64,000 nucleotides of DNA, taken from the IMG/VR virus record IMGVR_UViG_3300047445_000122. One strand, written 5' to 3'. This DNA comes from a virus (taxonomy: Duplodnaviria; Heunggongvirae; Uroviricota; Caudoviricetes). The translations under genes were made by a program, and so were the position numbers. Positions 26,860 through 35,228 of this stretch are shown here, one piece after another. Numbering within the stretch: the first letter of the stretch is position 1; each line of letters begins with the position of its first letter. A model generated the notes under the pieces. The model made no database searches and was not told the origin of the DNA. It saw only the letters and a program-made list of their open reading frames with translations.

Positions 26860-27246
26860 TTAGCTGAGGAGGTCGGTCAGGTGTTCATCCATCTGATCAA
26901 AGAATCCATCTGGCGGCCAGCAGATGGTTCCATACTTGCTGATTGGGACTTCCACCGCGCCGCCTGGACGGTGGAACATGAACACCACTTCGTCCAGGAT
27001 ATGGCTGCGCTCGCCCCTGTCCATATCCTGGAACTTCTGGCGGATCGCAACGCGGAGGCCGTTGAAGACCACGTCAATGTTGCTGAAAACAACTTGTTCG
27101 ATGTGCTCTGCATCAGCCAGCAGTTGTTTACCAATGTCCGACATATGCTTGCCAGTCTGCCAGACTTGACTGATGACGCGGAGGCTGGCTTGCGTCTTCG
27201 GGTCGATTTGACTCCAGTCACCACAATGGAATGTGAGTTTCTTCAT
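26860..27246 (-). CDS. hypothetical protein (128 aa)
   Basis: GGAG SD. The conserved promoter lies 33 nt upstream of the ATG. Confidence 0.45.
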   Translation of the reverse strand: MKKLTFHCGDWSQIDPKTQASLRVISQVWQTGKHMSDIGKQLLADAEHIEQVVFSNIDVVFNGLRVAIRQKFQDMDRGERSHILDEVVFMFHRPGGAVEVPISKYGTICWPPDGFFDQMDEHLTDLLS

Positions 27247-27278
27247 GTTTTCTCCAGTTTGCTACCAACATTGAAGCG

Positions 27279-27326
27279 ATTATAGACCACTTTATTGAGA
27301 AAGTAAAGTGGTCTCAGGAAATATTT
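27279..27326 (-). promoter_or_regulatory. conserved phage promoter
   Basis: Minus strand reads AAATATTTCC..CCACTTTACTT..GTGGTCTATAAT, 33 nt upstream of ATG 27246. Confidence 0.6.
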
Positions 27327-28030
27327 TCTGACACGCCTCGTGGACCAAAGTTGTCCAACTTGAAGTCCAACATGTCTGTGATCTTGATAGGACGCACCCC
27401 AGTCAGCTTCAGGTCAGCAGGGATGATATAGGGGCGCTCCTTCAGGATTTTCACTGTAGCGCGTCCATCAACAATTGGACCAACTTCAATAATCGGCGCT
27501 TCCTGGTCAATCTGTCTCTCGACATACTTGGCGTTTTCGATTGGGACGCAATGCTCCATCCCATCCTCGAAGTTGAGAGCCGAAGTGACGTTGACAGACT
27601 TGTAGTTGGCGTGATGGCTATACTCGATCACGCCAACGCACTCAGGGCGCTTGATATCCGCCATCCCCTTGCACCATTCCTCATGACGCTTGAAATGGAT
27701 CTCAATGTCCTTGACGATGTTGCGTACAGTATCGCCGGAAGCCACGAAGTCATCCAGGATCAGGTAGCGGGTCACATCAACGTTCCGCGTGCCTTCAATC
27801 TTCTCTCCGTGGCTCGATTCACCATCCTTGCGAACAACAATCAACGGGAAGTCGATCAACATCAGGGTGGCGAAGGCGAACGACAGACCGCTTTTGCCGG
27901 TCACTGCAATCGCCTGGGCGTCATACTTCTTCAGGAGGAATGGGATGACCTTGGACAGCCTCTGGGCGTGATGACGCAGAGAGACTGGATCGAACTGGAT
28001 GTCTGAGTAACCGCTGGGGCGAAATTCCAT
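27314..28030 (-). CDS. phosphoribosyltransferase (type I PRTase) domain protein with a C-terminal extension
   Basis: Canonical PRPP-binding motif RYLILDDFVASGDTV. Confidence 0.55.
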   Translation of the reverse strand: MEFRPSGYSDIQFDPVSLRHHAQRLSKVIPFLLKKYDAQAIAVTGKSGLSFAFATLMLIDFPLIVVRKDGESSHGEKIEGTRNVDVTRYLILDDFVASGDTVRNIVKDIEIHFKRHEEWCKGMADIKRPECVGVIEYSHHANYKSVNVTSALNFEDGMEHCVPIENAKYVERQIDQEAPIIEVGPIVDGRATVKILKERPYIIPADLKLTGVRPIKITDMLDFKLDNFGPRGVSENIS

Positions 28031-28109
28031 GAGTGGCTCAATGAGTGGTTGAAGTTACCGGAAGTATAATGTCAACCACTTCTCCCGGTCTAGAACTTTT
28101 TTACCAATA

Positions 28110-28262
28110 TCAACCACGCTCTGACCCCTGGTGTGTCCTGTGGGATTTACCACTCGTAAGTGCTTGATTTTAAAGAGCGTAAAACTTGACTTCTCCCGAA
28201 ATGCTGTTGTGAATTTCGGGCAATAAAAAGCCCCTGGAGGCCGAAGTCCAGGGGCAGATGTT
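28110..28262. repeat. intergenic repeat element, copy C
   Basis: TGACCCCTGGTGTG ... TCGTAAGTGCTTGATT ... GCGTAAAACTTGACTT ... CCCGAAAT-GCTGTTGTG-AATTTCGGG hairpin ... AAAAAGCCCCTGG..CCAGGGGC ... GATGTTGTTA. Confidence 0.65.
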
Positions 28263-28271
28263 GTTATCTTG

Positions 28272-28502
28272 TTAGCGTCTTAGTTGCTCTACAGCTTTGT
28301 TGAAGTCTTGAACCGGAATCTTGACCCCTTTCTTCCAGAGGTCACCGTGCATTTCTTCCCAACACTCAACTGACAGAGTCCAAGATAACGTCGTCTGGGG
28401 CAGGGTCAACTGAACAAACAGGACTTCTGGCACTCCTAACTTCCGTTTCAATACCCTCAAGTTAGCACTGTAGTCTTTGAACACAAATTCCAGACTCTCC
28501 AT
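28272..28502 (-). CDS. small hypothetical protein (about 76 aa)
   Basis: Start reassigned to ATG 28502 (AAAGGGGG SD) to remove the 108-nt overlap with ORF 28565..29611. Confidence 0.3.
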   Translation of the reverse strand: MESLEFVFKDYSANLRVLKRKLGVPEVLFVQLTLPQTTLSWTLSVECWEEMHGDLWKKGVKIPVQDFNKAVEQLRR

Positions 28503-28564
28503 AGCGCCCCCTTTGTTGAGGAAGGCATAGTATAACGTTAACGATTCACAACCGTAAAGGAAAA

Positions 28565-29611
28565 TTAAATCAGGCTGTGCGTTGTCGCTTTCGGCTGGGG
28601 AGCGCCTGCGCCGTTGTACTTCGAGCGTACTTGACCACCTTCCTTCAGCCGCAGATACTTGTCTGTTTCGCACAACAGGTTACTGCCGATGTTGTGGGCA
28701 TCTTCGAGGTGGAATTGTACAAGGGCTTCAACTTCAGCGCTGTAGCCATGCTGAATAGCAACTTGTGGCAATGCGACCTTCACCGCCTCCGACAGTTGAG
28801 CAAGCTCAAGGTAGTGTTGAGCTACCGGGATGGACTTGGTCAGTGGGCGACCATGAAGGCGATTCAAGAAGCGAACCGGGCCAGGGCCGATTGGCGCCCA
28901 GGTCTTCCAATCCGGGGCATCGCGCATGGTCATGTACTTCAAGTCTGCGATTTGCTGACCTGCCATGAAGTCACCGTTGGACTTGGCCTTGGTGAGGCGG
29001 CTGTGATAGCTCTGAAGGGTCTCCCCGGCTTCTGGCGGGCCAATTTCATAGATCGCCTTGAAGACGACATGAGCCAGGAAGTAGCGCTTGTCCTTGCACT
29101 TCTCGTACAACTCCAGGTCACCATCGACTTCAGCCGGGTTCCCGCAACCACGGATCATGTAGGCACCGGTGAACAGCTTGTCTTCCCTGCCGACAGCGCA
29201 GAAGCGGGTATACAGGTCATCAGCGTCATAGCCGTTCGTCAAGTCAGTCCAACCCAGCTTCAGGACGGTCGGAGACCAGTTGATCCAGCGCGCTACAGCG
29301 ACGTTGAACCACATGTCCTTGGAGTGATGATGTGGAGTGTAGAACTCCTTGAACAAAATCTCAGTCTCCTTGTCGTGCATGCGGTTGACGTTACAAAAAC
29401 GATGGTCGCGGATGAAGGTGTCTTCGGTCCACGGCTTGGGTTGACCTTCAGCTTTCTTGATGCGGACGGTCTCCCGCTCCAGTGCCCACTCACAGGCAGC
29501 GATCACATGGTTATGATAGTTGGCGGCGAACTCACCGTTGGCCTTGATCTGGTCTTCCAGGGTCTGGGACAGTTCAACAGCCTTGTCAAGTTTTTCAATC
29601 AGTGTGTTCAT
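28565..29611 (-). CDS. hypothetical protein (348 aa); candidate DNA-modification enzyme
   Basis: Conserved-looking globular protein with no motif I can name. Coupled by an ATGA overlap to the downstream P-loop kinase gene. Confidence 0.45.
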   Translation of the reverse strand: MNTLIEKLDKAVELSQTLEDQIKANGEFAANYHNHVIAACEWALERETVRIKKAEGQPKPWTEDTFIRDHRFCNVNRMHDKETEILFKEFYTPHHHSKDMWFNVAVARWINWSPTVLKLGWTDLTNGYDADDLYTRFCAVGREDKLFTGAYMIRGCGNPAEVDGDLELYEKCKDKRYFLAHVVFKAIYEIGPPEAGETLQSYHSRLTKAKSNGDFMAGQQIADLKYMTMRDAPDWKTWAPIGPGPVRFLNRLHGRPLTKSIPVAQHYLELAQLSEAVKVALPQVAIQHGYSAEVEALVQFHLEDAHNIGSNLLCETDKYLRLKEGGQVRSKYNGAGAPQPKATTHSLI

Positions 29612-30396
29612 ACAAAGAACCCTCCCAGGGCATTGGATGTTGGTTTCGGCTCCTCCTTCGGAGCAGGAGCATATTGGGCGATCATTTCTGGGGTCGGCGC
29701 CACTTGACCCATATCAGTCCAGCGCTTGAGCTCAGCGTTGCGCTTGTTGATGTCGAACTTGCGAATGAGGCGATAATCCACATCAGACAAACCGTCAGTA
29801 GCAAGCAAATTCAACATCTGTAAGACATCATTCCGGTCGCCATAGTGCGTCCAGATACCATAGTCAACCGCCTTGTTATGGGAGGTCATGACTGGGCGAT
29901 ACTTGGCACAGACCTTGTCAGTATCCAGAGGATCAATGTTGCCCTTCGAGACCCGGCGCTTCAGGATCGAGTTGAACACCACTTCAGGGTCAATATCAAT
30001 GGTGAACCAGAAGTATGGCACGTTGGCTGTCTTGAGGTCATCATAGATCACTTGAGAACCCTTGAAGGTTGTAGACGACAGCACACCCTCTGCCAGAGTG
30101 GTCTTGATCTTGGCCAGGTGCATGATAGCACGCTGTCCGGCCTCAAACGACTTCATGCCTTGGTCAGTCTTCTTGTCGTGGGTGCCCTTTACAGCGTCCA
30201 GACCACCACAGTCAGTCTCATACTTGCCAACGATGTGATGGGTACCACAGTCATAGTAGTGACAGCCGAACTCCGGGAGGTGTTTCAGCTCAGCATTGGG
30301 CGGCAGGAAGTTGCGGATGATGGTGCTCTTGCCAGTACCATTGGTGCCACGGATATTGATGTATCCAGGATCACCCCATTTCCAGTTTGGGTTCAT
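29608..30396 (-). CDS. P-loop kinase-family protein (polynucleotide / nucleotide kinase-like)
   Basis: Walker A GTNGTGKST within the first 30 residues. No HAD phosphatase DxDGT motif. Confidence 0.5.
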   Translation of the reverse strand: MNPNWKWGDPGYINIRGTNGTGKSTIIRNFLPPNAELKHLPEFGCHYYDCGTHHIVGKYETDCGGLDAVKGTHDKKTDQGMKSFEAGQRAIMHLAKIKTTLAEGVLSSTTFKGSQVIYDDLKTANVPYFWFTIDIDPEVVFNSILKRRVSKGNIDPLDTDKVCAKYRPVMTSHNKAVDYGIWTHYGDRNDVLQMLNLLATDGLSDVDYRLIRKFDINKRNAELKRWTDMGQVAPTPEMIAQYAPAPKEEPKPTSNALGGFFV

Positions 30397-30477
30397 GTTG
30401 CTCCTTTCATTGTTTGGGGGATTATACTACCAATCGAGAAAAATAAATAGCCCCCAGATTTCTCTGGAGGCCATTGT

Positions 30478-30663
30478 TCATTGAAGCAGAGAGGCGCGCA
30501 CGAAGCAGTCTTTGGCCTCCAGCAGCTTGCGCATACCAGCTTCCTTCTCAGGACTGGTTGGCAGCTCATCCATCTTCAGCATGAGCTCGAAGATCGGCTC
30601 ACTGACATCTTGAAGATGTGGAGGTAGGTGGGCGAAAGCGAAGAAGCGGCGATCAACTCTCAC
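30478..30663 (-). CDS. small hypothetical protein (61 aa)
   Basis: Complete ORF preceded by the terminator at 30445..30470. Confidence 0.3.
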   Translation of the reverse strand: MRVDRRFFAFAHLPPHLQDVSEPIFELMLKMDELPTSPEKEAGMRKLLEAKDCFVRASLLQ

Positions 30664-31010
30664 TTGCAGTCCTTGTTCTTCTGCTTGTCGCAGGTCGGTT
30701 GCGAGGCCACAGGAGTTACCGGGCGGGCCGGGAACATGAATGGCGTAGCAGCCGATTGACGAGCCGCCGTCACATGAGCAGGTTCAGTAACCACAGGAGC
30801 AGGACGCGGGGCCGGGGCCGGGGTTGCTGGACGGGCAGTCACCGTCGCAGGGCGAGCATACATCGTTGGATGGGATGCCACGCTCACGTGAGGCGAGACA
30901 TGAGCCACGCTAATGGCCCAGGCGCTGGAGGCGAACACGGAACCAACCAGAGCGGCGATCAGGGCCAGGTTACGCACTTGCCTTCTCCTTCTTCTGGGTC
31001 TTGATACCAC
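30660..31010 (-). CDS. secreted Pro/Ala-rich small protein
   Basis: An RRRRR stretch followed by a hydrophobic segment ending in AWA (signal-peptide-like), then PAPAPRPAP repeats and a C-terminal Cys pair. Confidence 0.35.
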   Translation of the reverse strand: MVSRPRRRRRQVRNLALIAALVGSVFASSAWAISVAHVSPHVSVASHPTMYARPATVTARPATPAPAPRPAPVVTEPAHVTAARQSAATPFMFPARPVTPVASQPTCDKQKNKDCK

Positions 31011-31179
31011 GAGCCTTCTTGCCGGCCTCAGTCAGACCGTCCTTGTCGTAGTACACACGGTCAGGCGATTTGCCGTGCTTGGCGGTAGTGGTTGCTGGAC
31101 CACGAGCGCCGTTCAGATGCATCTTGGTGATGGACTTTGCCAGTTCTTTGGTCTTGGCTGCTTTGGATTGGCGGGACAT
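30970..31179 (-). CDS. small basic protein (69 aa)
   Basis: Lys-rich; possible nucleic-acid binder. Weak. Confidence 0.3.
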   Translation of the reverse strand: MSRQSKAAKTKELAKSITKMHLNGARGPATTTAKHGKSPDRVYYDKDGLTEAGKKARGIKTQKKEKASA

Positions 31180-31210
31180 AGTGTTTCCTTTCAGTTGTTA
31201 CGTGTGTTGT

Positions 31211-31324
31211 TTATTTTGCTACCAGATAGCCGATGCCGATCCCTACAGCGAGGAGACCTACACCGACTACCAGAATGATCTTCACTACAAAGCCTGCAGC
31301 GGCGTCAGCGAGTTCAGTCAGCAT
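31211..31324 (-). CDS. tiny hydrophobic peptide (37 aa), not in the ORF track
   Basis: ATG..TAA. Sequence MLTELADAAAGFVVKIILVVGVGLLAVGIGIGYLVAK. Confidence 0.25.
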   Translation of the reverse strand: MLTELADAAAGFVVKIILVVGVGLLAVGIGIGYLVAK

Positions 31325-31326
31325 GG

Positions 31327-31449
31327 TTAGTGAGTCAGGAATTGTACCAGGGAGTATACACCCCAGATTGTTAGGCCCAGCATCGACAGGGCGCTGAAAA
31401 TGATGGCCGCGAAGGCCAACTTGAAGAAACCAGCAAAGCCATCAGCCAT
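31327..31449 (-). CDS. tiny hydrophobic peptide (40 aa), not in the ORF track
   Basis: ATG..TAA. Sequence MADGFAGFFKLAFAAIIFSALSMLGLTIWGVYSLVQFLTH. Confidence 0.25.
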   Translation of the reverse strand: MADGFAGFFKLAFAAIIFSALSMLGLTIWGVYSLVQFLTH

Positions 31450-31469
31450 GATTTTAACTCCGTCAGTGA

Positions 31470-32327
31470 TCATTGCGCCGACTTGAACATGGTAGGCATG
31501 GTACCCAGATACTGGATCTTGGTATCGCGCAGTGCTTCAGCCTGCATGCGAGCAATTTCCATCTGCATGACTTGCGGGTTGTTACGATAGGCTTGACCAC
31601 GCAGTTCGATGGCCTTGGCTTCAGCTTGAGCGACTTCCACTTGGGCTTGAGCGGTCACAACAACCTTCTCTTGCTCGGCCTTGGTGCGGCGCACTTCGTT
31701 CTCCACCTTCATGGCGTCCTGAGTCGCTTGAATCTTGGCATTGATCGAGGCCACAACGTTATCCGGGAAGTGCAGCTTGCCCAGGTAGCTGATGGATTCA
31801 ACCGTGATACCGATGGTGGCGGCGCGTTTGATTACAGCGTCATTGACTTCCTTCAGCAGCTTGGCCTTGCCGTCGCCTTGCAGGGACTCAACATCATACT
31901 TGGTGCCGGCTTCGTTGAACTCGTCACGAACGAACGTGCGCAGGAAACTGTCGCTGATGACGTCGATGGGCTGGCGGTACTTCTGGAACACCTTGATGGC
32001 GTTCGCCTTCTCCACATGGTAGGAGATTTGGATGTCCGTGGACACGCCGATACCACCGGCCACCTGGAACTGGATCGACTGATCCGGCTTCTTGCTCTCT
32101 TCACTGCGGGCTGTCCACATGTCGGCTTGGGTGAAGGTCGGCAGCAGTTCCACGCTGGTGTTCCAGCCAGCCATGTAGCGACCTGGATCCAGAACCTTGG
32201 AGTCAACGCCACGGTCATCACCGAACTTGTTGAACTGGACGCCAACAAAGCCGTTCGGGACGTTGTTACAGGCCGACAGGCCCAGAGCCAGGGCGGCGAT
32301 AGCTACGAAACGCATCAGACGGTTCAT
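31470..32327 (-). CDS. SPFH/band-7 (stomatin/HflC-like) domain lipoprotein
   Basis: SPFH core with a coiled-coil tail (EVRRTKAEQEK...). Start reassigned to ATG 32327, giving the lipobox MNRLMRFVAIAALALGLSAC. The stop of the upstream small membrane ORF overlaps this ATG. Confidence 0.65.
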   Translation of the reverse strand: MNRLMRFVAIAALALGLSACNNVPNGFVGVQFNKFGDDRGVDSKVLDPGRYMAGWNTSVELLPTFTQADMWTARSEESKKPDQSIQFQVAGGIGVSTDIQISYHVEKANAIKVFQKYRQPIDVISDSFLRTFVRDEFNEAGTKYDVESLQGDGKAKLLKEVNDAVIKRAATIGITVESISYLGKLHFPDNVVASINAKIQATQDAMKVENEVRRTKAEQEKVVVTAQAQVEVAQAEAKAIELRGQAYRNNPQVMQMEIARMQAEALRDTKIQYLGTMPTMFKSAQ

Positions 32328-32536
32328 TGACATACCACCTTGTTCTGGTTGTACAGATGGGTCAGGTACTTGATAGTGAAGTACGCCGCCAGGGCGGTTC
32401 CGACCAGAGCCAGGACCAGCAGAATGGAGGATGCGATTTTCAGGATCGCAGGCAGGACGAAGCCGGTGAAGACCAGCCACAGTACGATGACCAGCAGCAG
32501 TCGCACCACCAGGCCAAATTCTTTGGAATTAAACAT
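32324..32536 (-). CDS. small 2-TM membrane protein (NfeD-like partner of the SPFH protein?)
   Basis: Hydrophobic 70-aa ORF, translationally coupled (ATGA) to the SPFH gene. Confidence 0.4.
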   Translation of the reverse strand: MFNSKEFGLVVRLLLVIVLWLVFTGFVLPAILKIASSILLVLALVGTALAAYFTIKYLTHLYNQNKVVCQ

Positions 32537-32617
32537 GTTTCTCCTTGTTTGTTATCGGGGATTCGATAGGGAGAATTATATGGAACCCTCCCATGATCGT
32601 AAATCTTGATTGGTTGA

Positions 32618-33199
32618 TCAAGCCCACCAACGATCAAGCTCAATGTTGGAGTCGTACACTGTGGTCTCCAGCTTGACCTCAAGGACTTCGATCTGTGGGT
32701 TGTTGATCTTCAGCAGCTGCGCATAGGCGTTGCACCAGGTATCCACTCCATGAACCTTCCCATAGCGATACCGGGCGTTCAGGAAGACGGTCTTGTGGCT
32801 GTCAGTGACCTCCATAGGGTTCCTGGACTCCACAAAGTCCTTCAGTGGGTTATCCAAGACAAGATCAACAGGCATCCTGATCTTGATATGGCACTCCCTG
32901 TAGTTGTTGTCCGAAGGAGTCAGGGTTGGAAGGTTTTCATGCTCCAGCTTCTGGCGCGTCACCCTCCTGCGGTTCATGGTCAACGACAACCCAGCCCTGC
33001 GGATTTCAGCCATGATGTCGTTGATGTTATTGTAGCCGCCCTTGCCAAGGACAAAGTGGCGAGTGATCATGACATCAGTTTGCTCGCGCTCCTCGCCCTT
33101 CAAGAGGATGATGGTGGGCTTCCAACCGGGGATATGGTACTGATCCCCGGTGTAGGTGACGTGGGCATGGAAATGCCCCTTCAGCTCGGAGACCTTCAT
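32618..33199 (-). CDS. hypothetical protein (193 aa)
   Basis: Complete ORF coupled to the helicase gene. Confidence 0.45.
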   Translation of the reverse strand: MKVSELKGHFHAHVTYTGDQYHIPGWKPTIILLKGEEREQTDVMITRHFVLGKGGYNNINDIMAEIRRAGLSLTMNRRRVTRQKLEHENLPTLTPSDNNYRECHIKIRMPVDLVLDNPLKDFVESRNPMEVTDSHKTVFLNARYRYGKVHGVDTWCNAYAQLLKINNPQIEVLEVKLETTVYDSNIELDRWWA

Positions 33200-34833
33200 T
33201 CTGGGATCACCAGAGACTCAAGGTACCAGTCAGGGAACATGTCCATGTTCTCCCGCAGCAGGCGCGTGAAGTTCGAGTCAAGGATGTATGTCTTCGCGTG
33301 GTCATTCACACCCCGGATGGAACGACCGGAGGCCTGGACAATGCGGAGGATGGCTTTGCGTGCGTACCAGCGCGGTCGGCGCTCTACGTTGAGTTTCACC
33401 AGAGGGTCACCCAGGTACAGGAACGGCACCTTGGCGATGATCTGGAACCTTGACATGTCGTCCTTGAAGTCATATCCCTTCTCGATGGAAGCCGACAGGA
33501 TCACACGCCCGGAGTTGTGTTGCTTCAACTCGTTCATGATCTCATGGCGCTCCTTGGAGACCAGCATCTGCTTGCGCTTCGTGGAGTTGAGGTAGATTTG
33601 GTTGGCCAAGGCATAGGACACAGTGTGAATGATACCGTTCGCCGGGGCATGCAGTTGGATCAGCTTGTCGACGTGGTTCGCCAACTTCTTGATGTCGAAG
33701 GCTCCGCTGATCCTTTGTTGGCCCAAGACATACACCTTGCGGTTCGCAACCGGGATTGGGTTGGGAATGTCAAAGAACTCATACTCACCCTCAACGATAC
33801 CCAGGGAGCCAGCATACTCCTCAACCCCACAGATGGTGGCTGACAGATGTAGGAAATGTTGGGCCTTGCGGAACAGAGCATAGTTGGATACTTGCCATGC
33901 GTACACTGGCTTGATGCTGACATAGCCGGTATCATACTCATCAATCATCCACTCGCCACCGTTCACAGAGTCGAAAATCTCTGTCTTGTCCCCGATTTGT
34001 TGGAGCTGTTCCAGAGCTTCGCCCACCTGGTCGTGATCGCGGCGGTTGGTATCCTTCATCATGTCCTCGAAGGTGTCGATCAGTTCCTCAACCTTGTCGT
34101 GCATGATGGCCATGCCTTCCATCATCTCACGAGTCACAGAGAACGGCTCACCAATCCGCACGCTCTTGAAGCTATTGATGTAATTCTCCATGTCCTTCAC
34201 GAATCCGCCATAGCCGAACTTGGTCAGCATCTGATACTCGTTGGCGCGGAGGCGGATGGTGGTGTGATCCACGATAGCATCATCCAACTCATGGCACTCA
34301 TCCGCGATGATGAGGGTTGCCTTGTTCTCATCCTTCATACACAGAGAGGTACATGCCTCAATCTGGAAGGAGTTGTTGGTCATGCGCAGATCGGCCTTGT
34401 TGCACCATTGAATCCGGCGCTGGACGTATGGACACTCATACTTCGGGGAGCAAGCCTTGCGACCCACATGAGCACGACAAGCACCAGAGTTGTACGGGCC
34501 TTTGTCGTGTGGGCAGCTGTAGTTGGTCTTGCCCTTCAAGTCAAACACATCCTTGAACTCGTTGAGGATTTGATCCTGGAGACCCTTGGACGCAGTGATG
34601 ATAGTCGTGCGATGCTTGTCGAACAACTCCTTCATCATCTTGTGAACAGTGTAAGAAATGGCCGATTTGCCGATTCCTGTTGGGGCTTGGGCGATGACAT
34701 GTTTCCGCCCCAAGCGGAACATTCGGACAGCTTCTACACACACTTCCAGCTGTCCTGGGTTCGGGGTGGGATAAGGAAACCATTTGCGAGCCAGCGCCAG
34801 GAGCATTTCACGTTCTTGATCAATAGTTGTCAT
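33196..34833 (-). CDS. DinG/Rad3 (XPD)-family Fe-S DNA helicase
   Basis: Motif I AQAPTGIGKS, DEAH box IADECHELDD, and a 4-Cys cluster between them (YSCPHD...ACRAH...CSPKYECPY). Start reassigned to ATG 34833 with AAGGAAAG SD. Confidence 0.7.
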   Translation of the reverse strand: MTTIDQEREMLLALARKWFPYPTPNPGQLEVCVEAVRMFRLGRKHVIAQAPTGIGKSAISYTVHKMMKELFDKHRTTIITASKGLQDQILNEFKDVFDLKGKTNYSCPHDKGPYNSGACRAHVGRKACSPKYECPYVQRRIQWCNKADLRMTNNSFQIEACTSLCMKDENKATLIIADECHELDDAIVDHTTIRLRANEYQMLTKFGYGGFVKDMENYINSFKSVRIGEPFSVTREMMEGMAIMHDKVEELIDTFEDMMKDTNRRDHDQVGEALEQLQQIGDKTEIFDSVNGGEWMIDEYDTGYVSIKPVYAWQVSNYALFRKAQHFLHLSATICGVEEYAGSLGIVEGEYEFFDIPNPIPVANRKVYVLGQQRISGAFDIKKLANHVDKLIQLHAPANGIIHTVSYALANQIYLNSTKRKQMLVSKERHEIMNELKQHNSGRVILSASIEKGYDFKDDMSRFQIIAKVPFLYLGDPLVKLNVERRPRWYARKAILRIVQASGRSIRGVNDHAKTYILDSNFTRLLRENMDMFPDWYLESLVIPE

Positions 34834-34854
34834 TGACTTTCCTTTGTTCGTAAA

Positions 34855-34892
34855 GAAAAAGCCCCTGGACGGACCAGGGGCTTTTTGTATTT
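34855..34892 (-). terminator. terminator at the end of the tRNA array
   Basis: AAAGAAAAAGCCCCTGGAC-g-GACCAGGGGCTTTTTG, immediately 3' of the last tRNA (minus sense). Confidence 0.7.
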
Positions 34893-34970
34893 TGGTGCCC
34901 GTTGCACGGATTTGAACCTGCGACCCCACCCTTACAGGGGGCGTGCTCTACCAGACTGAGCTAAACGGGC
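34893..34970 (-). tRNA. tRNA, probably Thr (anticodon TGT)
   Basis: Perfect acceptor stem GCCCGTT/AACGGGC plus encoded CCA, and a D-arm TAGCTCAGTCTGGTAGAGC. Anticodon loop reads CCTGTAA. T-stem is imperfect by eye. Confidence 0.5.
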
Positions 34971-34971
34971 T

Positions 34972-35046
34972 TGGCATACCGGGATGGGATCGAACCACCG
35001 ACACCAGGTTTTGGAGACCTGTGTTCTACCACTGAACTACCGATAC
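34972..35046 (-). tRNA. tRNA-Trp (CCA)
   Basis: Manual cloverleaf: anticodon loop CTCCAAA, T-loop TTCGATC, encoded CCA end. Confidence 0.7.
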
Positions 35047-35228
35047 ATTGTGTTGTTACTTATACTGCTTGGCCAGAGCCATCAGACCCTTCGCAGCTTC
35101 ATCGCCATAGGTCTTGAAGAATGCTTCAGTGGTCTTGTCATAGATGCTCTTGGCCAGAGCTGGATTCTTGTCGTCCAGAGCCTTAGCCAGCTGACTACCT
35201 TTGGCGGCGTGCGTATCCTTGTAGCGGA

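Noticed and set aside
28040-28110. Plus-strand TATAAT at 28064..28069 as a promoter for a plus-strand sRNA covering repeat copy C
   Set aside because: No convincing -35. The same sequence can be read as a variant minus-strand -10 for gene 27314..28030. Strand of any repeat-element transcript left open.
28577-29707. 376-aa plus-strand ORF
   Set aside because: Antisense to the coupled gene pair 28565..29611 / 29608..30396.
33856-34836. 326-aa plus-strand ORF
   Set aside because: Antisense to the DinG-like helicase gene.
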